Source: Myxococcota bacterium (GTDB lineage Bacteria; Myxococcota_A; Polyangia; Nannocystales; Nannocystaceae). From it: DNA of 64,000 bases. The notes below the pieces were generated by a model. It had not been told where the DNA came from. It worked only from the letters and a program-made list of their open reading frames with translations, and made no database searches. Location of the stretch: the NCBI GenBank assembly GCA_039028615.1, contig JBCCHT010000058.1, positions 1 through 64,000 of the forward strand, in the 5' to 3' direction. Made by a program: the position numbers and the translations under genes. Shown piece by piece: positions 61,201 to 64,000 of the stretch. Numbering within the stretch: position 1 is the first letter of the stretch; each line of letters begins with the position of its first letter.

Positions 61201-63668
61201 GTCGTCGCCTTGTCGCGCGGCAGGGGCTGGATCTTGTCGACCTCATCGAAGATGAACGTGATGTCGGGCGAGGGAACGCTGATCTCCAGCCCGCCCGGCA
61301 AGGTGATGTGGTCGCGATGAAAGTCGTTCAAGATGTTCATCAGCGCTTGCTCGACCTCGACTGGACTCGCTGCCTTTCGGTGATACTCGATCTGCGTGTT
61401 GGGAGACGTGACTCGGAAGAGTCGGGGCGAGAAGGTGACGGTGCCCGGGTTTCTTTGCTCTTTGATTGGCCCAGAGAGGTGCCGCAGCTGTTTTCCTAGC
61501 CGGCGATATGTGCTGGCATAGAACGACGAACCGAACTTCACGCCAGCGAAGTGGAATCCGAAGGCGGTGGCCAGCCATACCAGGGCCAGGTATCCGACAG
61601 GATCGGTGGCTGGTCTTCCTTTGTCGTTTCGCGGGAAGAATGTGGTCGTGAGTAGATCGCCGGTTGGAAGCTCAGGAGAGACTCCTTCAGATCGCGAATC
61701 CGTAAGTGGTTTTCCGAAGGCGCCTCCGAGTGCCCTGGTCTCGAACTCGGTATAGAAAACCGCTTCGCCTACCGTTAGCGCCACTGTTGTTACTGCGGTA
61801 AGCCACACGAGCCTGGAAATGAGACCGATGCCGCTTCGCCATGACGCGAAGTTCTGACGGAACTGCTCTCGGAGTTCGGACATCATCATCGAGATGACTT
61901 CACCGTGCTCCAGGGTGTCGCAACCCAGCGATGACTTCACGACGATCGTTGGGCGCCAAGACGACATCGAAGCCCAGAAGAGCGTGGCGGAGGCCATTTT
62001 TCTATGGCGTATCTGAAGGTTGAGTTCGTTGCCCTGCTCGGAAGTGGCTCTTGGTGTCTGCCCGGAGAGCGGCTCGTTGGCATTGTCCGCTCGAGCGCCT
62101 GCGTAAGGATGAATGATCCACTGGTACTCGAAAGCGGCGAGCACGAGTAGGCACACCAGCATTCCGACGATCCACTGTTGGCTGGTCTTGGCGGACCACA
62201 GATAGTCGTACGGGTAGGTTTCGTACAGCGGCCGGAGGAGGAGGAGGGTCGCGATCGATATCGTGGCGCCCGTCAAGAGAAGGGAGATTTGCGGCGACGA
62301 GTTGAAGTGGAACCACGGCGTTTTGGGAACACACTGGGCCTTCTTTGCTGTCGCTTTGCTCTGTCCGATGGCACTTGCCGCCATGGACGGCAAGCGTGCG
62401 CTGATGTTGATCGGAGTGCTCGTTCCTCGCTCGATCGGTGTCTTCGATTTCTTGAGGACGAACGGGTAGTTGTTGCTTTGCCGATATATGGTGGTGACGG
62501 CCGGGTGTTTGATTCGTCTCGTAACCCCAAAAAGGACGGCGACGAGGACGGGGGTGAGGGTAAGGAGGTGCCAGCTTGCGAAACGACCCCGGTCGCCCGA
62601 AAAATGGACGCTGGCGTAGATAAACAGGAAGGTGATGGCGACGCTCGTGACGATCGTCAACTTCGGCCAGTTCCATAGGCGGTGCCAGCCGGGCCAGTGT
62701 CGAAAGGAGTGGCCATCGGGGGTTGGGAGAAGTCCGGAGAGCCAGAACGTGTCGTGAGCGCGAAACAGCGCTGCTACGCAAAGGCCTGTTCCGAAGCCGA
62801 AGCTCGAGATCGCGATCGCGTTGTCGCTGGTGGTGAACGTGAACACGATGACGTTCACCAGTACGGTGAACGCCAGCAGGATCTGGCACCAGCTCGGTTG
62901 GATACCGAACCGAAGGCCACGACGAGAGGCGCTGGGGGATAGGGGGTCGATGTCGACTCGGTATTTCTCGGCGATCGAGAGCGCTCGATAGACTCCAGCG
63001 GTCGTTCCGCAGATCGATATGGCCACCCAGGGGACCTTGAGCGGCTCGATGGCCAGCCAAGGGGCAGGAACGTAGCCGGCGGCGCAAACCACGATGATGG
63101 CCAGGAATGCAACGAGGGCCAGAACACGCGGCCAGCATTCAGTCCACCGCTCGAAGTCGATCGCCAGTGCGATCGCCAAGGTCCGAGTCGAATAGTAGAG
63201 GGGGAGGAGCAACGTGGCGACGACCACGAAGAGGACGAGCCATTCGAGGATGACCAAGGCTGTCGGAAATTCTTTCTCGTGACTGTCCGAGAAGAACTCG
63301 CTGAGCCAGAACTCCAGGAGCTGCGACGTGAGCAGGAAGAAGGTCAGTATCGCGGCGATGGTGCAGGCGAACAGCAGCAGGTCGAGCGGGCGGCGACCGG
63401 CCTTGCTTCGAACGAAGCGCTCGTACACCTCGGTTTCGTACTGCCCGAGCACGAAATCCGTGAAGGTCGTTTTCCCAGTGCCGCGATAGCCTGTGATCAA
63501 GTACGAGCCGTGGGTGCTCGCACTGCGGAGAAGATCGAGCAGTCGGGCTCTCTGACGCGCACGGCCAATCAGTGTCTCGTTGGCAGGCGGTGGTGCAGAA
63601 TTGGAGCCTTCATAGAGACCGAGATCGGAGGCATAGATCTTGTTGGTTGGGGAGCGATCGTCAGTCAT
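58233..63668 (-). CDS. Giant multi-TM P-loop NTPase (KAP-like) with C-terminal TPR-like region
   Basis: Walker A GYRGTGKT (63468-63491); Walker B ITFIFDEVDK (about 61233-61262); about 12 TM segments between them; FIFIGGR; TPR-like helices. ORF is open to 63998; ATG 63668 chosen. Confidence 0.8.
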   Translation of the reverse strand: MTDDRSPTNKIYASDLGLYEGSNSAPPPANETLIGRARQRARLLDLLRSASTHGSYLITGYRGTGKTTFTDFVLGQYETEVYERFVRSKAGRRPLDLLLFACTIAAILTFFLLTSQLLEFWLSEFFSDSHEKEFPTALVILEWLVLFVVVATLLLPLYYSTRTLAIALAIDFERWTECWPRVLALVAFLAIIVVCAAGYVPAPWLAIEPLKVPWVAISICGTTAGVYRALSIAEKYRVDIDPLSPSASRRGLRFGIQPSWCQILLAFTVLVNVIVFTFTTSDNAIAISSFGFGTGLCVAALFRAHDTFWLSGLLPTPDGHSFRHWPGWHRLWNWPKLTIVTSVAITFLFIYASVHFSGDRGRFASWHLLTLTPVLVAVLFGVTRRIKHPAVTTIYRQSNNYPFVLKKSKTPIERGTSTPINISARLPSMAASAIGQSKATAKKAQCVPKTPWFHFNSSPQISLLLTGATISIATLLLLRPLYETYPYDYLWSAKTSQQWIVGMLVCLLVLAAFEYQWIIHPYAGARADNANEPLSGQTPRATSEQGNELNLQIRHRKMASATLFWASMSSWRPTIVVKSSLGCDTLEHGEVISMMMSELREQFRQNFASWRSGIGLISRLVWLTAVTTVALTVGEAVFYTEFETRALGGAFGKPLTDSRSEGVSPELPTGDLLTTTFFPRNDKGRPATDPVGYLALVWLATAFGFHFAGVKFGSSFYASTYRRLGKQLRHLSGPIKEQRNPGTVTFSPRLFRVTSPNTQIEYHRKAASPVEVEQALMNILNDFHRDHITLPGGLEISVPSPDITFIFDEVDKIQPLPRDKATTEDTERERTERTLRLLANLKGLMSSAPARFIFIGGRNLHDEWLADRTAQRPLLSTIFDAEIYIPSLLVDDIGKRMTDGTLAYVQAQLARSSKRARHWQQRHDIVFGHRNSVLPVYVQNPVVTPLSARTEAGADGTSNDFRVLEVGPREANEHSLPEKELWSEEFGREVIEYLTFRSRGGPKQLDALFEGFVRSAGRIIDDKRIRWGQFTGPHVLYFGDIDRFRVGMTSEVYRRLANRFEQRLAGRDDKAVRSLLQLVDFVTKFHRRAFSWSSLERMEELSHIHRIPDLRDMVTEFVEDWNGEYLHPILNGMYSFRFRSDMAAEVAYLSRASQAEMASYNFTLDETQRLKDQYRARIANSKGDDAHLQEFHSALGELCDFDQEFERARYHYGKAIDYLDEQHGTSAPEGENWRSAQRRFFQNRGAWCIARIRLMLQIGMTYERAKNHERAIGIYRDARTLGNRMSDAYLCGADPRVSAIDSLKHWRIIYLPLFAEAWLAEKSSVGVENSVSMVERELRALRKDLPFVKKGSEIPNENYLDPRQPEDTNFALAMSDVHAQAVDLYFWKGASGSIQTGYRQRALYHACLAMHDIRSFCWHRAMSSEKKLGAPLDSSGVLPRAISLRVERLLVAVSELWLSQLDPCEPEIWAGGTSQNASITVLLEWLRGIGSRQEWGRWNAAQLILEEVPCLQEKEGTFHRYDETSALAMEVMEQHGDASTMVRTGVRFAYSIYCLAAASEMQNGELAQALRPSVEVAKTTLGRCLRRILVAGSLVDGKEQWRSHRSMISVVVVWFLLELLAEEDTKSRDHVDTRATIRQWLVGQGIMQANAGKPNPRTVLEHMIDRFPYPMYYRMVAVRGLVDHATRRKAEQSPADLRYPRELLRLESLFDSPGHFSPMTVGLTIGGFVLSRMKSSRGLSDELESLANEALRKLRAGLGIVEGQREYHQLIAGLHCLDDDFNDRALHMEHALGIACYQRAKEMERQLVDAG

Positions 63669-64000
63669 GGGCCATTGGGGGCGGGTCGACGGAGATGGCC
63701 GCGGCGGAAGAACCGAGGGCCGGCGAGCGGAGTGCGCTGGTAGGGTCCCGCGCAGGCCTGGGAGAACCGCGCTGAATACTGAGGTGGAGGTTGTGGGGGG
63801 AAAATTTCGGGTTCTGAAGAAAATCCCTTCGATCGTTTGGTTCGTCACCGAAGTGGCACCTTCGTGCAAGAACTGCCGTCGTGGTTTCGTGTTCGACGAC
63901 GGAGCCACGGCAGCACGGATCGGATTGGAGCTACATGTCCAGAGGTGGCTTCGTGGAGTCGGCCGCGGGCCACCACGGAACTCGGAGACCGGCGACACCG

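Noticed and set aside
63669..63998. N-terminal extension of the giant NTPase to 63998
   Set aside because: Low-complexity non-globular translation with A/T tracts that look promoter-like. ATG 63668 is preferred but not proven.

Overview
A GC-rich (roughly 70% by eye), gene-dense bacterial window of about 60 CDSs. The style suggests Myxococcota, probably Nannocystaceae-like; this is inferred from about 20 Cys-lipoproteins with Thr/Ser/Gly/Asp linkers, Ser/Thr kinases, an ECF sigma factor and a sigma54 activator. Housekeeping genes: hisH-hisA-hisF, hisIE, plsY, tesB, ndh, tsaC/sua5 and a HelD-like helicase. I found no rRNA, tRNA, CRISPR array, integrase or transposase. The most striking locus is a tightly coupled six-gene operon (2487-7766). 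It holds five Neverland/KshA-like Rieske oxygenase paralogs plus an EXPERA/EBP-like membrane protein. Two paralogs have cleanly lost the Rieske [2Fe-2S] subdomain but keep the mononuclear-iron ligands, suggesting a hetero-oligomeric sterol/lipid-tailoring complex. Second is a compositionally foreign ~1810-aa membrane-embedded KAP-like P-loop NTPase with a TPR-like tail (58233-63668), a defence-sensor candidate. Other oddities: a HisH with a ~140-aa disordered insertion, a mirror-symmetric Cys-ladder peptide, a non-coding 74-bp tandem array beside a hairpin element, local G-depletion on one strand, and a 15-mer T-tract motif in two promoter regions. All family calls come from motif recognition by eye, not from database searches.
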